Shown in pieces: positions 26,620-36,948 of a DNA stretch of 59,790 nt. Made by a program: the position numbers and the translations under genes. The notes under the pieces were generated by a model. That model had not been told where the DNA came from, did no database searches, and was given only the letters and a program-made list of their open reading frames with translations. Origin of the DNA: Candidatus Caldipriscus sp. (GTDB lineage: Bacteria; Hydrothermota; Hydrothermia; LBFQ01); contig JBMSAP010000018.1 in the NCBI GenBank assembly GCA_049414445.1, positions 1 through 59,790 of the forward strand, written 5' to 3'. Position 1 is the first letter of the stretch. Every line of letters starts with the position of its first letter.

Positions 26620-27262
26620 AATTGAACTTTAAGCTTCTTGCGTGCTCCAACAAAATTTCAAATTTCAAACTTTTCTTTGTAGCATAATCGGAGACGACCT
26701 TCTCGATATCCATAAACCAGTGGGCGATGGAATTCCCTAAATGTGGTAAAATCTCATCCGCAAGTTCCTCCCTCACCACCCAAACCGCGATTTTAGTTTC
26801 TCCCTTCGTAAGATTATATAGGAAACTATATTCCCCAAAATCCCCCCTCAAAGCCCTATCCCCGTATATCAACAAGGCATCCGCATCAAATATATCCGTA
26901 AAAACCCTAATTTTAAAAGCCTTGCCCTTTAAAAGTTGATCCAAAGTATCCTCAACGCAGTGTAAAACCTGCTCGTACCCCTGAATTATTCCAAGGGTAA
27001 GACTTTCAAGCTCCCTTATCTCCTTTTTTGAGACTAAAACCAGGCTCTTTGAACTTTCGGTTAAAATTACGCCCAAGTTTGTGATTTTATAACCCGAAGG
27101 TAAAAAGTTTATTGAGGGAAAGATATAAGGGGTTGCGTCAAGTTTTCCCGCCCTAAGGAGGGGATCGATCTGGGAAAAAGATAGGTAAATCTTTTTCCAA
27201 GTTTTTGGGATTTTCAAAATGAAAGGGTAAAAATCAAACTCCCTTATTACCCCCAGGTTCAT
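26609..27262 (-). CDS. MqnA/MqnD-family (futalosine-pathway, VitK2_biosynth-like) protein, divergent
   Basis: 217 aa. The MNLGVIREFDFYPF start, LRAGKLDATP, DADALLIYGDRAL and KIAVWVVREEL segments fit the MqnA pattern by eye. Confidence 0.45.
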   Translation of the reverse strand: MNLGVIREFDFYPFILKIPKTWKKIYLSFSQIDPLLRAGKLDATPYIFPSINFLPSGYKITNLGVILTESSKSLVLVSKKEIRELESLTLGIIQGYEQVLHCVEDTLDQLLKGKAFKIRVFTDIFDADALLIYGDRALRGDFGEYSFLYNLTKGETKIAVWVVREELADEILPHLGNSIAHWFMDIEKVVSDYATKKSLKFEILLEHARSLKFNYGG

Positions 27263-28260
27263 TAAAAGTTGTAGGTGCTTACGAGGAAGAGGGAGACCCT
27301 TGCAAGGGGCTTTCTATCAAGGAGGGCACCCGCGGAAAATCCAAGATAAATGACCTCCGTCCAATCAAACCTTATATTCCCATCAACAAATGGTTTTGTT
27401 GTATCTCCATCCCTGTAAAGGCCAAAATCAAACGAGGGTTTAAAGGACCAATCCTCATTTATGTTATGTAAAAATCCGAGCCTGAAGAATCCCCCCATCT
27501 TACCCGATATGTCCGTCCATGGGACCTGATAGGTGGGGGATTGGGTGTAGGTTAGGTAGTTGGAAAACCCCATAAAGGGACTAAACTCCTCGTCAAACAC
27601 TATACCCTGACCCAAAATTCTCTTGTAATCTTTGGATGTGCCGAATCCATGAAATCCAAACCTAAATTTACCCAACTTGAGCGCGGATGAAATATAAGTT
27701 CCGTAATTATAAGAATTATCCAAAGCGCCCTCAAGTTTTAAATAAAAGAGCATATGATCCAGATCCAAGGCTGAGCCAAAATAGAGGTTTTTTGTGGTGT
27801 CCGCTGTACCGTAAGCCTGAAAGCCAAGAAAATTCCAATCAAAACCGAATCTTAAACCACCGAAAAAGTTATTTGGGGTATTTACCGCCAAAAGGTTAAA
27901 CCAAACTTCCTTACCGTAAGAAATTTCAAAGAACGCATTTCCCCCAAGGTAGTCCCCCAATAGCATCCCATTTCCCCAGAAGGGCGCACCCATACCGCCC
28001 CTTATATAGAGGTACTTTACCGGCGAGATCTCAACGTAAGCCTCCTTTAATGTGGGGAAAAGGCTTGAAAAGGATATTATTGAGAACCTCCCGTAAAACC
28101 CCATATCGAACTGCATCTGTATCCCGAGTTCCCCCCTATAGTACTGCCTCTCCGATGCCCATAGCCCCAATATACCGTCTATGTTGTAAAACTTGGTCTT
28201 CTTTGCCTTAACCTCCTCCTCAATCTCTATTTGCGCCTGAGACAATATCAGACAAAGCAT
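27262..28260 (-). CDS. putative outer-membrane beta-barrel protein
   Basis: G/F/Y-rich sequence with alternating beta-strand pattern and a C-terminal aromatic residue (..STYNF). The hydrophobic N-terminus MLCLILSQA is very short. Confidence 0.45.
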   Translation of the reverse strand: MLCLILSQAQIEIEEEVKAKKTKFYNIDGILGLWASERQYYRGELGIQMQFDMGFYGRFSIISFSSLFPTLKEAYVEISPVKYLYIRGGMGAPFWGNGMLLGDYLGGNAFFEISYGKEVWFNLLAVNTPNNFFGGLRFGFDWNFLGFQAYGTADTTKNLYFGSALDLDHMLFYLKLEGALDNSYNYGTYISSALKLGKFRFGFHGFGTSKDYKRILGQGIVFDEEFSPFMGFSNYLTYTQSPTYQVPWTDISGKMGGFFRLGFLHNINEDWSFKPSFDFGLYRDGDTTKPFVDGNIRFDWTEVIYLGFSAGALLDRKPLARVSLFLVSTYNF

Positions 28261-28268
28261 AACCGTAT

Positions 28269-28274
28269 ATTATA
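28269..28274 (-). promoter_or_regulatory. -10-like box TATAAT, 8 nt upstream of the OMP-like ATG, overlapping the MFS stop codon
   Basis: The minus strand reads gggTATAATatacggttATG. Confidence 0.4.
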
Positions 28275-29517
28275 CCCTCGTAATTTTCCAGAAAAGCCAA
28301 AACAGGAGGGCGAGTGCGGAGGAAAGCAAAAGGTTTACATTTAAAGCCATTTCCAAGCCAACGTATTTGGAAAGTATATCGTTCCAAGTTCCCATAGCGA
28401 GAACAACGAAAACGAAGGTTATGGCGTTTACGATATCCTTCAGGATCACCACCCTGCCCAAATATTCCGCGGTGGAGAACTTTTGAAATAGGGTCTCAAG
28501 GGCGATAAAGCCCATGGATGTAAAGATCCCACCTACAAAGAACATGGGGAGGAGGATAAGGATGTTTGAGGTTAGGGAGATGGAAGCTAGGATGAAGCTT
28601 AAAATCGCAACCGAATTCCAAAGGAGCCCATACTCCCTACCCTTCAGTACCCTACCAGATATATACGAACCTACGAACATACCGAAACCGTAAATGCCAC
28701 CCGCTATCCCCATTTGAGCGGTCCCAACATGCCCAATTTTCTGAAGCTTCACTATACCCAAAACGTACGTCACCGCCCCTATGAAAGATATCAAAGCACC
28801 CGCTATGAGAACCGAAAGGAGGATCCTCCTCCTTCTAACAAAGGAGATCCCCTCCCTTAAGGAGGAAATGTAGTTTATTTTTGCATAGGAAGAGGGCTCA
28901 ATGTACTCCCCCTTACCCTTTATGAATATTATGAGAAGGCCGGAAATTATGAAGGTCAATCCATCAAAGAAAAGCCCCACCTCCCATCCCTCCAAATTAT
29001 ATTTCTCCCAAAGGAACCTGTCCGAAATTATCCCACCCAAGAGGATACCCAAGCCCGTAGAGATCCTTCCCCAGAAGTTTAGCATACTGTTTAGAACGGG
29101 CAAATTTCCCTTTTCCCCCGCTATATATACCACCAAACCGTTCTTTGCGGAGTTAAAGAGTACGGTAAAGGTGAAGATCAAAAAAACCGTGAGATATGCT
29201 ACCCAAAAAGATCGCGTTAGCTTAAAGGTAAATATTAGGGAGATCACCAAAAAAGCCCTTACGAAATCCCCTATGATCATCAGGGCTTTTCTGTTGAACC
29301 TATCCGTTATCGCCCCAGCTATGGGTCCGAAGAATAGTACGGGTATTACCGTCCAAACCGCAAGCAAGGAGTACTCTTGAGAGCCAAGGGCGTAGGTTCC
29401 AAGGAGGCTCAAAATTGCCATATTGTTTATCCTGTCCCCAAGCTGGGAAGCGGATAACGCAATTGTAAGTAAAAGTAAATTCCTGTTTTTTAAGAGTTTA
29501 AATTCTTGGATGGGCAA
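28270..29517 (-). CDS. MFS transporter
   Basis: 415 aa with about 12 TM helices and an MFS_3/EntS-like N-terminus. Confidence 0.75.
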   Translation of the reverse strand: MPIQEFKLLKNRNLLLLTIALSASQLGDRINNMAILSLLGTYALGSQEYSLLAVWTVIPVLFFGPIAGAITDRFNRKALMIIGDFVRAFLVISLIFTFKLTRSFWVAYLTVFLIFTFTVLFNSAKNGLVVYIAGEKGNLPVLNSMLNFWGRISTGLGILLGGIISDRFLWEKYNLEGWEVGLFFDGLTFIISGLLIIFIKGKGEYIEPSSYAKINYISSLREGISFVRRRRILLSVLIAGALISFIGAVTYVLGIVKLQKIGHVGTAQMGIAGGIYGFGMFVGSYISGRVLKGREYGLLWNSVAILSFILASISLTSNILILLPMFFVGGIFTSMGFIALETLFQKFSTAEYLGRVVILKDIVNAITFVFVVLAMGTWNDILSKYVGLEMALNVNLLLSSALALLFWLFWKITRV

Positions 29518-30346
29518 TGTTTATGGTTAAAACGGGAAGATGGGATCTGGAGATCACCCCCTCCGCGACACTACCGAATATCACCTTCCTTATACCCGTC
29601 CTACCGTGGCTACCTATAACTATCAGGTCATAATGGTTTCTCTCCGCGTAATCAACTATTGCACCCGCATAATCAAGGTTTGGGGAGAAAAATACCTCAA
29701 CCACCTTTTCCGCCCCATTAAAATCCGGCATCTCCTTGAGGACCTGCTCTTCGTAAATCGCCTTTTCCTTTGGATCCAAATGGAAATCCACGAGCAACGC
29801 GTGATATAGGGTTATCTTGCCCCAGTTGTTTATCTTGGGAAGGAAATTTATGATCTTCTGGGTTGCGGAAGAGAGATCCAGGGCAACCAAGATCTTTTCA
29901 ACCTTTATGTGGGGAAACCTTAGGGTTATTACGGGGATTGGACTTGAATGTAATAGGGACTTTGCAAAGGAGCCTATGAGAAAGCCCCTTATCCCAGAAA
30001 TACCCCTCGTTCCCACCGCTATAAAATCCGCCTTAAAGAGCTCCGCCTCCTTTATTGTTTCCGGTACAGGATCCCCGATTGCGAGCTTTGAGGAAACCTT
30101 TATACCCTGCGACCTTAGCCTGTTTTCCCATTCAAGGAGGTTCTCCTCCGCAGATTTCCTTGCCCTATCCCATGCCTCAATTATCCCAGAAAACTGGGAT
30201 ATTAGGGGTCCGTACATGCTCGTTATATCTGGGAAGACATGGAGAAGCAAAACCTCCACCTCCTCCTTTTTTGATACCGCATTTATGAAGCTTGCAACGT
30301 ACCTGCTGTTTTCGGAAAAATCCGTCGCATATACAAACCTTTTCAT
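29498..30346 (-). CDS. tandem universal stress protein (2 x UspA domain)
   Basis: Two Usp domains, each ending in a G-x2-G-x9-GS-like motif (VGTRGISGIRGFLIGS; GSHGRTGIRKVIFGSV). Confidence 0.8.
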   Translation of the reverse strand: MKRFVYATDFSENSRYVASFINAVSKKEEVEVLLLHVFPDITSMYGPLISQFSGIIEAWDRARKSAEENLLEWENRLRSQGIKVSSKLAIGDPVPETIKEAELFKADFIAVGTRGISGIRGFLIGSFAKSLLHSSPIPVITLRFPHIKVEKILVALDLSSATQKIINFLPKINNWGKITLYHALLVDFHLDPKEKAIYEEQVLKEMPDFNGAEKVVEVFFSPNLDYAGAIVDYAERNHYDLIVIGSHGRTGIRKVIFGSVAEGVISRSHLPVLTINIAHPRI

Positions 30347-30963
30347 TTCTTACCCCCCTTCAAATTGAGCAAAGCCATCTTTATATTTTCAACCTCGGAT
30401 ATTAACTTGTCTATTTCCGCATGTGCTTGCTGTATCAACCTATCCGCGGTGGCCTTAGCTATCTTCAAAACCTCAGAAGGGGATTCCCCGCCCCTCTTTT
30501 TTAACTCCTCGTTTTCCTTAGAAAGCCTGATGTATTCCTCCCTGAGCTTGTTATACTCCTTCGTTAGATTCTCAAGGGCTTGCTTGTACTCCTCACCACC
30601 CCTTTGCTCCCTCGAAAGTTCCCCTATTTTCTGGTTTAAAGCTACATACTCCCTCTTTATATTCTCGTATTCCCTTGAGAGATCCTCTAGTCTCTTCCTT
30701 AAGAGTTCGTTTTCCTGTTTCAAAAGCTCTACCTCGTCGCTCTTCCTCTCAAGCTCCCTCTTTATCTCCTCAACATCCAAAAGGTCAAGTTTGACCTGGG
30801 CGAGTTCAGCTTCAATCTCGTTCTTCTCCCTCAATAATTTTTCCATCTCCTTTGCGACCTGCTCAAGGAACTCTAAAACCTGATTCTTGTCAAATCCACC
30901 AAAGAGCGAACCCTTAAATTGGGCATTTCTAATATCGTTTGGCTTTAATCTCGGCATATTCAA
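30343..30963 (-). CDS. divIVA: DivIVA domain protein
   Basis: N-terminus LKPNDIRNAQFKGSLFGGFDKNQVLEFLEQV followed by a long coiled coil. Confidence 0.8.
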   Translation of the reverse strand: MNMPRLKPNDIRNAQFKGSLFGGFDKNQVLEFLEQVAKEMEKLLREKNEIEAELAQVKLDLLDVEEIKRELERKSDEVELLKQENELLRKRLEDLSREYENIKREYVALNQKIGELSREQRGGEEYKQALENLTKEYNKLREEYIRLSKENEELKKRGGESPSEVLKIAKATADRLIQQAHAEIDKLISEVENIKMALLNLKGGKK

Positions 30964-32186
30964 CCTCCTTTTCTTTCTATTACCTCTTCCCTATCCTTCC
31001 CCGTTGATACGAACCTCACCCTAATCTTCAAAATTCCTTCAACCTCGTTTATCATCTCCTCCCAAGATGGATAATCCTTATAAATGGGTTCTAGATGATA
31101 CCAATCCTCAGAATATGCAGGTGGAAAACTTATCCTCTCTCCAAATAGCTTGTACTCAACCGCAGCCCTATATATTCCTATCTTCTCAAGGACATCCACT
31201 TTGGTTACGAATAGATCCGTAACACCGTTTATTATTGAAGCATAGTGGATGAGGGGTATATCCAACCATCCGCACCTCCTCGCCCTACCCGTTGTGGTTC
31301 CAAACTCCCCACCCTCCTCCTTCATCCTCTCACCGATCTCGGATATTTCCTCCGTGGGGAAGGGTCCCTCACCCACCCTAGTTGTGTAAGCCTTAAAAAC
31401 ACCTATAACCCTCTTTATCTTCCAAGGGGCTATACCAGAACCTACGGTAGCACCACCCGATATGGTATGGGAAGAGGTTACAAAGGGATAAGTTCCGAAG
31501 CTAACATCAAGGTATGTACCCTGCGCTCCCTCAAGTAAAATTCTTGCCCCACCCTTTTCAAGATCTTCCAAGAGTAAGACCGTATCCGCAACAAAGGGTT
31601 TTACGTACTCTGCAAATTCCATCAAAAGATCCCAAAGTTCATCCCTATCAAAGAAACTTTCACCGTAAGATTCAACGATCCTTTTGTTGAAATCGTAAGC
31701 CCTGTTTATATGCTCTTTCAAATATAAAGGCCTCAGGATGTCACCTATCCTTATCCCCAAGCGGGCGTATTTATCCCTGTTGGCAGGTCCTATTCCCCTT
31801 TTTGTTGTACCTATGGGCTTTTCGGAATGAGCTTCAAAGAGCGCGTCCTCAAGCTTATGATAGGGCATAACTACGTGCGCCCTAGGATCCACAAAGAGCC
31901 TCCCCTTTAAATCCCCAACATGAGGGTATAACCCCTCAACTTCGTTCTTGAAGCTTTCGGGATCTATCACCACCCCTGGTCCTATTATCCCAACAACATC
32001 CTCCCTTAAGAGACCCGAGGGTAGAATATGGAAGGAGAACTTTTTTCCATTAACATATACCGTATGCCCCGCATTTGCCCCACCTTGAAACCTCACCACC
32101 GCATCGTAATCCTTGGCTAAATAGTCTATTACCTTACCCTTACCTTCATCCCCCCATTGCAACCCCACTATAGCGGTATAAGGCAT
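30960..32186 (-). CDS. purA: adenylosuccinate synthase
   Basis: GLQWGDEGKGK P-loop and the GTTKRGIGP motif; 408 aa. Confidence 0.9.
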   Translation of the reverse strand: MPYTAIVGLQWGDEGKGKVIDYLAKDYDAVVRFQGGANAGHTVYVNGKKFSFHILPSGLLREDVVGIIGPGVVIDPESFKNEVEGLYPHVGDLKGRLFVDPRAHVVMPYHKLEDALFEAHSEKPIGTTKRGIGPANRDKYARLGIRIGDILRPLYLKEHINRAYDFNKRIVESYGESFFDRDELWDLLMEFAEYVKPFVADTVLLLEDLEKGGARILLEGAQGTYLDVSFGTYPFVTSSHTISGGATVGSGIAPWKIKRVIGVFKAYTTRVGEGPFPTEEISEIGERMKEEGGEFGTTTGRARRCGWLDIPLIHYASIINGVTDLFVTKVDVLEKIGIYRAAVEYKLFGERISFPPAYSEDWYHLEPIYKDYPSWEEMINEVEGILKIRVRFVSTGKDREEVIERKGG

Positions 32187-32193
32187 AAGGGGT

Positions 32194-32199
32194 ATTTTA
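32194..32199 (-). promoter_or_regulatory. -10-like box TAAAAT, 7 nt upstream of purA ATG
   Basis: The minus strand reads ccTTAAAATaccccttATG, within the 27-nt L24-purA gap. Confidence 0.45.
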
Positions 32200-32213
32200 A
32201 GGCGGTTATAATT

Positions 32214-32528
32214 TTAATCAATGGTTTGCTTGCACTTCTTACAAAACCTTTTCTTTTCCCCATCAACGAAGGTAAAACCTACCCTTGTGGGTTTCCCACA
32301 CTTGGGACATATGAGCTTTACGTTTGAGATATGAATAGGTGCTTCTTTTTCTATTATCCTACCCTTCCCCTCCGTCCCCCTCTTTACGTGCTTTTTCACT
32401 ATGTTTGCGCCCTCAACTATAACCCTATTATTTTTTGTGATGACCTTAAGGACCTTTCCGCTCAACCCCTTGCTCTTTCCGCTTATTACTATTACCGTAT
32501 CTCCCCTTTTTATTTTCCTTGCCATCAC
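32214..32528 (-). CDS. rplX: 50S ribosomal protein L24 (zinc-ribbon C+ form)
   Basis: KOW motif with CPKCGK...CKKC in the C-terminal part. It follows L14 in conserved order. Confidence 0.9.
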   Translation of the reverse strand: MMARKIKRGDTVIVISGKSKGLSGKVLKVITKNNRVIVEGANIVKKHVKRGTEGKGRIIEKEAPIHISNVKLICPKCGKPTRVGFTFVDGEKKRFCKKCKQTID

Positions 32529-32914
32529 AGCACCTCCGGCGCTAAGGAAATTATCCTCGCAAAACCTTTATCCCTGAGCTCCCTCGCCACGGGCCCGAAG
32601 ATCCTCGTCCCCTTCGGTTCTCCCGCCTGATTTATTAGAACTACGGCGTTATCTCCAAACCTAATGTAAGAGCCGTCCCTCCTTCGGATCTCCTTCCTGG
32701 TCCTTACCACAACGGCCTTATGAACTTCGCCCTTTTTAACCGGGGCGTTAGGGGCGGCTTTCTTTATACTGACCACAACAACATCCCCTACGGTCGCGGA
32801 AACCCTACCCCCCTTCTTACCGCTCCCCTTTAAAACCTTTATTATTAAAGCCTCCTTTGCCCCCGTGTTGTCCGCAACGTTTACGTAAGAGAGTTCTGGA
32901 AGTTGCCTAGGCAT
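32525..32914 (-). CDS. rplN: 50S ribosomal protein L14
   Basis: VADNTGAKE motif and conserved gene order. Confidence 0.9.
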   Translation of the reverse strand: MPRQLPELSYVNVADNTGAKEALIIKVLKGSGKKGGRVSATVGDVVVVSIKKAAPNAPVKKGEVHKAVVVRTRKEIRRRDGSYIRFGDNAVVLINQAGEPKGTRIFGPVARELRDKGFARIISLAPEVL

Positions 32915-33206
32915 TTTCCACCTCCCTTTCCATTTCCTCCAAAACGGGCGTCTTCCTTATGATCCTAACGAGCCTCCACCTCTTAAGCTTTGATAAAGGC
33001 CTCGTCTCCATAACCTCAACCAGATCCCCAACTTTGCTCTCGTTGTTCTCATCGTGGACGTAAATCTTTTTCCTTTTCTTTATGTACTTGTGATACTTGG
33101 GATGTTCAACAATCCTATAAACTACAACCACCCTAGTTTTGTTCATTTTATCGCTTACAACGATCCCCCTTAAAACCTTCCTCTTTCCCCTATTTACCTC
33201 GCTCAT
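32907..33206 (-). CDS. rpsQ: 30S ribosomal protein S17
   Basis: [11 protein letters not shown] motif and conserved gene order. Confidence 0.9.
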   Translation of the reverse strand: MSEVNRGKRKVLRGIVVSDKMNKTRVVVVYRIVEHPKYHKYIKKRKKIYVHDENNESKVGDLVEVMETRPLSKLKRWRLVRIIRKTPVLEEMEREVENA

Positions 33207-33406
33207 AGCTTAACCCCCTTTTCCCACAAAACCGTTAAAACCCTCGCTATCTCCCTCCTATAATACCTTATGAGGTTCTTATCCTCAATCTGACCGAGTC
33301 TCCTTTTGAACCTCGCATCCCTAATCTGAGCCCTTAATACTTTAAGCCTCGCTAAAAGCTCTTCAACGCTCATATTCCTAAGTTCTCTAGCTTTTGTGGG
33401 TTTCAT
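33203..33406 (-). CDS. rpmC: 50S ribosomal protein L29
   Basis: 67 aa, helical, in the conserved order L16-L29-S17. Confidence 0.85.
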   Translation of the reverse strand: MKPTKARELRNMSVEELLARLKVLRAQIRDARFKRRLGQIEDKNLIRYYRREIARVLTVLWEKGVKL

Positions 33407-33822
33407 TTTATTTCCCCCGCCTTTACGATTTTGGTCTTAACAGGGAGTTTGGACGCGGCCACCCTTAAGACCTCTGTCGCTTCCTCTTCGGGTAATCCGG
33501 TGATCTCAAGGATGACGGTTCCCGGAACTACGAAGGCAAACCAACCTTCAACATCTCCCTTTCCTCCCCCCATCCTAACCTCCGCGGGTTTTTTGGTGAA
33601 GGGCCTGTGGGGGAAGATCCTTATCCAAAACTTGGCTTTCTTCCCTGCACTCCTTACCACCGCCAACCTCATCGCCTCTATCTGGTTGGAGAATATCCTT
33701 CCAAACTCAAGGCTCTTTAAGCCGTACTCCCCAAACTCAAGCTTATTTCCGCTTGATGCCACTTTACTTCTCACCTTTGGAAGGTGCTGTTTCCTCCATT
33801 TTACTTTCCTTGGTTGCATCAT
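33403..33822 (-). CDS. rplP: 50S ribosomal protein L16
   Basis: MMQPRKVKWRKQH N-terminus and RMGGGKG motif. Confidence 0.9.
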   Translation of the reverse strand: MMQPRKVKWRKQHLPKVRSKVASSGNKLEFGEYGLKSLEFGRIFSNQIEAMRLAVVRSAGKKAKFWIRIFPHRPFTKKPAEVRMGGGKGDVEGWFAFVVPGTVILEITGLPEEEATEVLRVAASKLPVKTKIVKAGEIK

Positions 33823-34484
33823 AGCACTTCCTCCTCGCTTCCCCTAAGTATATCTCCCTTGTATATCCAAACCTTAACCCCTATCGTTCCCCACTTAGTA
33901 AACGCGGTATCATATCCGTAATCTATGTTCGCCCTCAGGGTCTGTAGGGGAACCCTACCCTTCAGGTACCATTCCTTACGCGCTATCTCCGCCCCCGCTA
34001 TCCTTCCCTTTATCTGCACCCTTATACCCTTGGCTCCCGCCCTCATAGCCTTGGTGACAGCCTCCTTCATAAGCCTCCTGTGGTAAGCCCTCTGCTCGAT
34101 CCTCCTGGCTATATTGTACGCCACGAGCTGAGCGTCTAGGTCAGGTTGGGTTATTTCCCTATGCTCTATGGTGAAGTCCTTACCGAACTCTTTCTTTAAG
34201 GCCTTCCTGAGGTTCTCTATCGCCTGCCCCTGCCTACCTATTATAACTCCGGGCCTTGCGGTGTGGATGATTATGGTGGTTAAGGTTCCCTTCCTCTCTA
34301 TGTTTATCCTTGAGATCTGTGGGTCGTTTGGAGATTTGCGATAGTACTCCACTATGAACTTTCTTAACCTGTAATCTTCAAGGAGATATTCCACGTATTC
34401 CTTTTTTGTCTCGGCGTACCAAGTGGATTGCCAGGGCCTAAAGTATCCCGTTCTGAGTCCTATAGGGTGCGCTTTCTGTCCCAT
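33819..34484 (-). CDS. rpsC: 30S ribosomal protein S3
   Basis: [12 protein letters not shown]-terminus and a KH domain. Confidence 0.9.
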   Translation of the reverse strand: MGQKAHPIGLRTGYFRPWQSTWYAETKKEYVEYLLEDYRLRKFIVEYYRKSPNDPQISRINIERKGTLTTIIIHTARPGVIIGRQGQAIENLRKALKKEFGKDFTIEHREITQPDLDAQLVAYNIARRIEQRAYHRRLMKEAVTKAMRAGAKGIRVQIKGRIAGAEIARKEWYLKGRVPLQTLRANIDYGYDTAFTKWGTIGVKVWIYKGDILRGSEEEVL

Positions 34485-34897
34485 TACTTACCCTCCTTTA
34501 AAACAAAAACCGTAATATGCGATGTTCTTCTCCTGAATATCCCGTTCCCTCCAAAGCGGGCGGGTTTAACCGCGGGTTTGGGGATCTTCCACATTGGACC
34601 CTTATCCACCTTCACTAGAGCTATCCTTAGGGTTGGGTAAAGCTCATCCACGCTTTTTTCGGGTTCAAACTTGTCCCTGTAAGATGCTACAGCCGCTCTC
34701 AAAACCTTCCTCATTATCCTAGCTCCCTTTTTAGGGGTGAACTGGAGGATGTAATCCGCCTCCTGTACGTTTAGGTTCCTTATAAGGTCCGCTATGAGCT
34801 TCATCTTCTTGGGGGATATCCTTGCCCTCCTTAAAACCGCAAAACCCCCCAACTTTTTAATTTCCTCTACTGGAAGTTGCCCCAAATTTTTCATCAT
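34484..34897 (-). CDS. rplV: 50S ribosomal protein L22
   Basis: [15 protein letters not shown] and TSHITV motifs and conserved gene order. It carries extra N-terminal and loop residues. Confidence 0.85.
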   Translation of the reverse strand: MMKNLGQLPVEEIKKLGGFAVLRRARISPKKMKLIADLIRNLNVQEADYILQFTPKKGARIMRKVLRAAVASYRDKFEPEKSVDELYPTLRIALVKVDKGPMWKIPKPAVKPARFGGNGIFRRRTSHITVFVLKEGK

Positions 34898-35178
34898 TTC
34901 TTACCCACCTTTTTACCTTCTTTCCCCTTATGCCCGCCGAATGTCCGCGTGGGAGCGAACTCTCCTAGCCTATGCCCCACCATCTCCTGAGTCACGTAAA
35001 CGGGAATGAACTTTTTCCCGTTGTGTACCATAAAAGTCAGCCCTATCATCTCCGGGACTATCATGGAAGCCCTTGACCAGGTTTTTATTGGGGTTTTGTC
35101 TCCAGTTTCAAGGGCCTTCAAAACCTTCTTCATTAGCTTTGGATCAACAAAGGGCCCCTTCTTTATACTCCTTCCCAT
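34894..35178 (-). CDS. rpsS: 30S ribosomal protein S19
   Basis: [13 protein letters not shown]-terminus and [11 protein letters not shown] motif. Confidence 0.9.
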   Translation of the reverse strand: MGRSIKKGPFVDPKLMKKVLKALETGDKTPIKTWSRASMIVPEMIGLTFMVHNGKKFIPVYVTQEMVGHRLGEFAPTRTFGGHKGKEGKKVGKK

Positions 35179-35181
35179 ATT

Positions 35182-36030
35182 TTACTCCTTTGAACCGTAA
35201 CCAATCCTCCTCCTCTTGACTATAAACGCAGAGGAGGTCTTCCTCGGACTCCTCGTCTTTACCCCCTTGGCGAGCTTGCCCCAAGGTGTCTTTGGGATCT
35301 TACCCTTCGTTCTACCTTCACCTCCGCCGTGCGGGTGATCCACAGGGTTCATAGCGGTTCCCCTTACGGTGGGCCTTCTTCCCATCCACCTACTCCTTCC
35401 CGCTTTACCCAGAACCACATTTTCGTGATCTACGTTAGAAACCTGACCTATGGTGGCATAGCAATTGGGATTGAACTTCCTTATCTCGCCGGAAGGAAGC
35501 TGAACGTAAACCCAATTTTCGTCCTTTGAGAGGATCACCGCCTGAGTACCCGCTGCCCTCACGAGCTGTCCCCCCTTCCCAGGGATCATCTCAAGGTTGT
35601 GTATGGGAATACCTTCTGGGATGTTCTTCATAGGTAAGGCATTTCCGAGTTTTATTGGGGCATTCGGTCCCGACATTATTTCATCCCCCACCTTTATGCC
35701 CTCCGGCGCAATAATATACCTCTTTTCGCCATCCTTATAAACAACCAGGGCTATAAAGGCCGTCCTGTTTGGATCGTACTCTATAGCCTTTACAACCCCA
35801 GGTATTCCGTCCTTATCCCTCCTGTAAAAATCAACTATACGGTACTTCCTCTTGTTTCCCCCTCCCCTGTGCCTTACGGTTATCTTCCCTTGGTTGTTCC
35901 TACCCGCCTTCTGCTTTTTGGGTTTCGTTAAGGATTTTTCTGGTTCCTCCTTGGTAACGTACTGAGAGTAATCTATAACCGTCATAAACCTCCTGCCCGG
36001 TGTGATTGGCTTATACTTCTTTATCGGCAT
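35182..36030 (-). CDS. rplB: 50S ribosomal protein L2
   Basis: [15 protein letters not shown]-terminus and [14 protein letters not shown] motif. Confidence 0.95.
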   Translation of the reverse strand: MPIKKYKPITPGRRFMTVIDYSQYVTKEEPEKSLTKPKKQKAGRNNQGKITVRHRGGGNKRKYRIVDFYRRDKDGIPGVVKAIEYDPNRTAFIALVVYKDGEKRYIIAPEGIKVGDEIMSGPNAPIKLGNALPMKNIPEGIPIHNLEMIPGKGGQLVRAAGTQAVILSKDENWVYVQLPSGEIRKFNPNCYATIGQVSNVDHENVVLGKAGRSRWMGRRPTVRGTAMNPVDHPHGGGEGRTKGKIPKTPWGKLAKGVKTRSPRKTSSAFIVKRRRIGYGSKE

Positions 36031-36031
36031 A

Positions 36032-36328
36032 TTACACCTCCAGATTTATCTTATGACCCTCCTCAAGCGTCACTATTGCCTTCTTGTACGCGCTCGTATA
36101 GCCGAACCTGAACCTGTTCCTCAATCCCCTCCTTCTTTTGGGCTTCATCAATATCGTATTTACCTTTTTCACCTTTACCCCGAAGATCTTTTCAATTGCC
36201 TCCTTTATTTGAACCTTGTTAGCCTTGGGATGGACTACAAAGGTATATTTGTTGAGCTTTTCCCTCAAATTCATGGCCTTTTCGGTTATTACGGGCTCTA
36301 TTATTATCTCATCATAGCTTAATTTCAT
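36032..36328 (-). CDS. rplW: 50S ribosomal protein L23
   Basis: Start set at [18 protein letters not shown] (ATG 36328, ATGA overlap with the L4 stop). The longer ORF-track start would overlap L4 by 67 nt. Confidence 0.85.
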   Translation of the reverse strand: MKLSYDEIIIEPVITEKAMNLREKLNKYTFVVHPKANKVQIKEAIEKIFGVKVKKVNTILMKPKRRRGLRNRFRFGYTSAYKKAIVTLEEGHKINLEV

Positions 36329-36948
36329 TTCAAGAGCCTCCCCTTTAAAACCTCGAGCGCGCTCTTTTCCATAAATACGTGCTCCGACCAAAGGACGAAA
36401 TAAGCGTTCACGGTGTCCGCGGGTAAAACTTCAACATCCCCTATGTTCCGTGCTGAGAGGTAAAAGGTCCTATTGCTGTTTGCAGGGATGAATAAGGTAT
36501 TCCCGGAAATATTAAGAGATTTTATGAAATTGGCAACCAATTTCGTTTTAGGTTTCTCCATTTCAAAGCTATCAACCACGTATATCCTCCCGTTTTGGGC
36601 CCTATCCGAAAGTGCCATCTTTAAAGCCAGGTTTTTAACCTTATGCGGGAGCTTTATGTAATAATCTCTAGGCCTTGGTCCGTGAGCCTTTCCTCCCCCC
36701 ACGAACTGAGGTGCGTACCTATCGCCGTGCCTTGCCCTACCCGTATGCTTCTGGGGCCAAATCTTTCTTCTTGAACCTATGACCTCTCCCCTGGTTTTCG
36801 CCCTGTGCGTTCCCTGCCTTTGGTTTAAGAGGTATGCCCTTACGAACTCCCAAAGTACATGTTTTTTGGGTTGAATATTGAAGATCTCTTCGGGAAGCTC
36901 AATTTCCCCTATTTTCTCACCCTTCAGGTTATAAACGGGAGCGTTCAT
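36325..36948 (-). CDS. rplD: 50S ribosomal protein L4
   Basis: 207 aa with a [12 protein letters not shown]-type motif and conserved gene order. Confidence 0.9.
   Translation of the reverse strand: MNAPVYNLKGEKIGEIELPEEIFNIQPKKHVLWEFVRAYLLNQRQGTHRAKTRGEVIGSRRKIWPQKHTGRARHGDRYAPQFVGGGKAHGPRPRDYYIKLPHKVKNLALKMALSDRAQNGRIYVVDSFEMEKPKTKLVANFIKSLNISGNTLFIPANSNRTFYLSARNIGDVEVLPADTVNAYFVLWSEHVFMEKSALEVLKGRLLK

Noticed and set aside
30365-30883. 172-aa plus-strand ORF antisense to divIVA
   Set aside because: This is the same artefact: S/L/F-rich low complexity opposite a GAA/AAG-rich coiled-coil gene.
36329-36391. N-terminal extension of the L23 ORF overlapping L4 by 67 nt
   Set aside because: The conserved L23 N-terminus begins at ATG 36328, which forms an ATGA overlap with the L4 stop.
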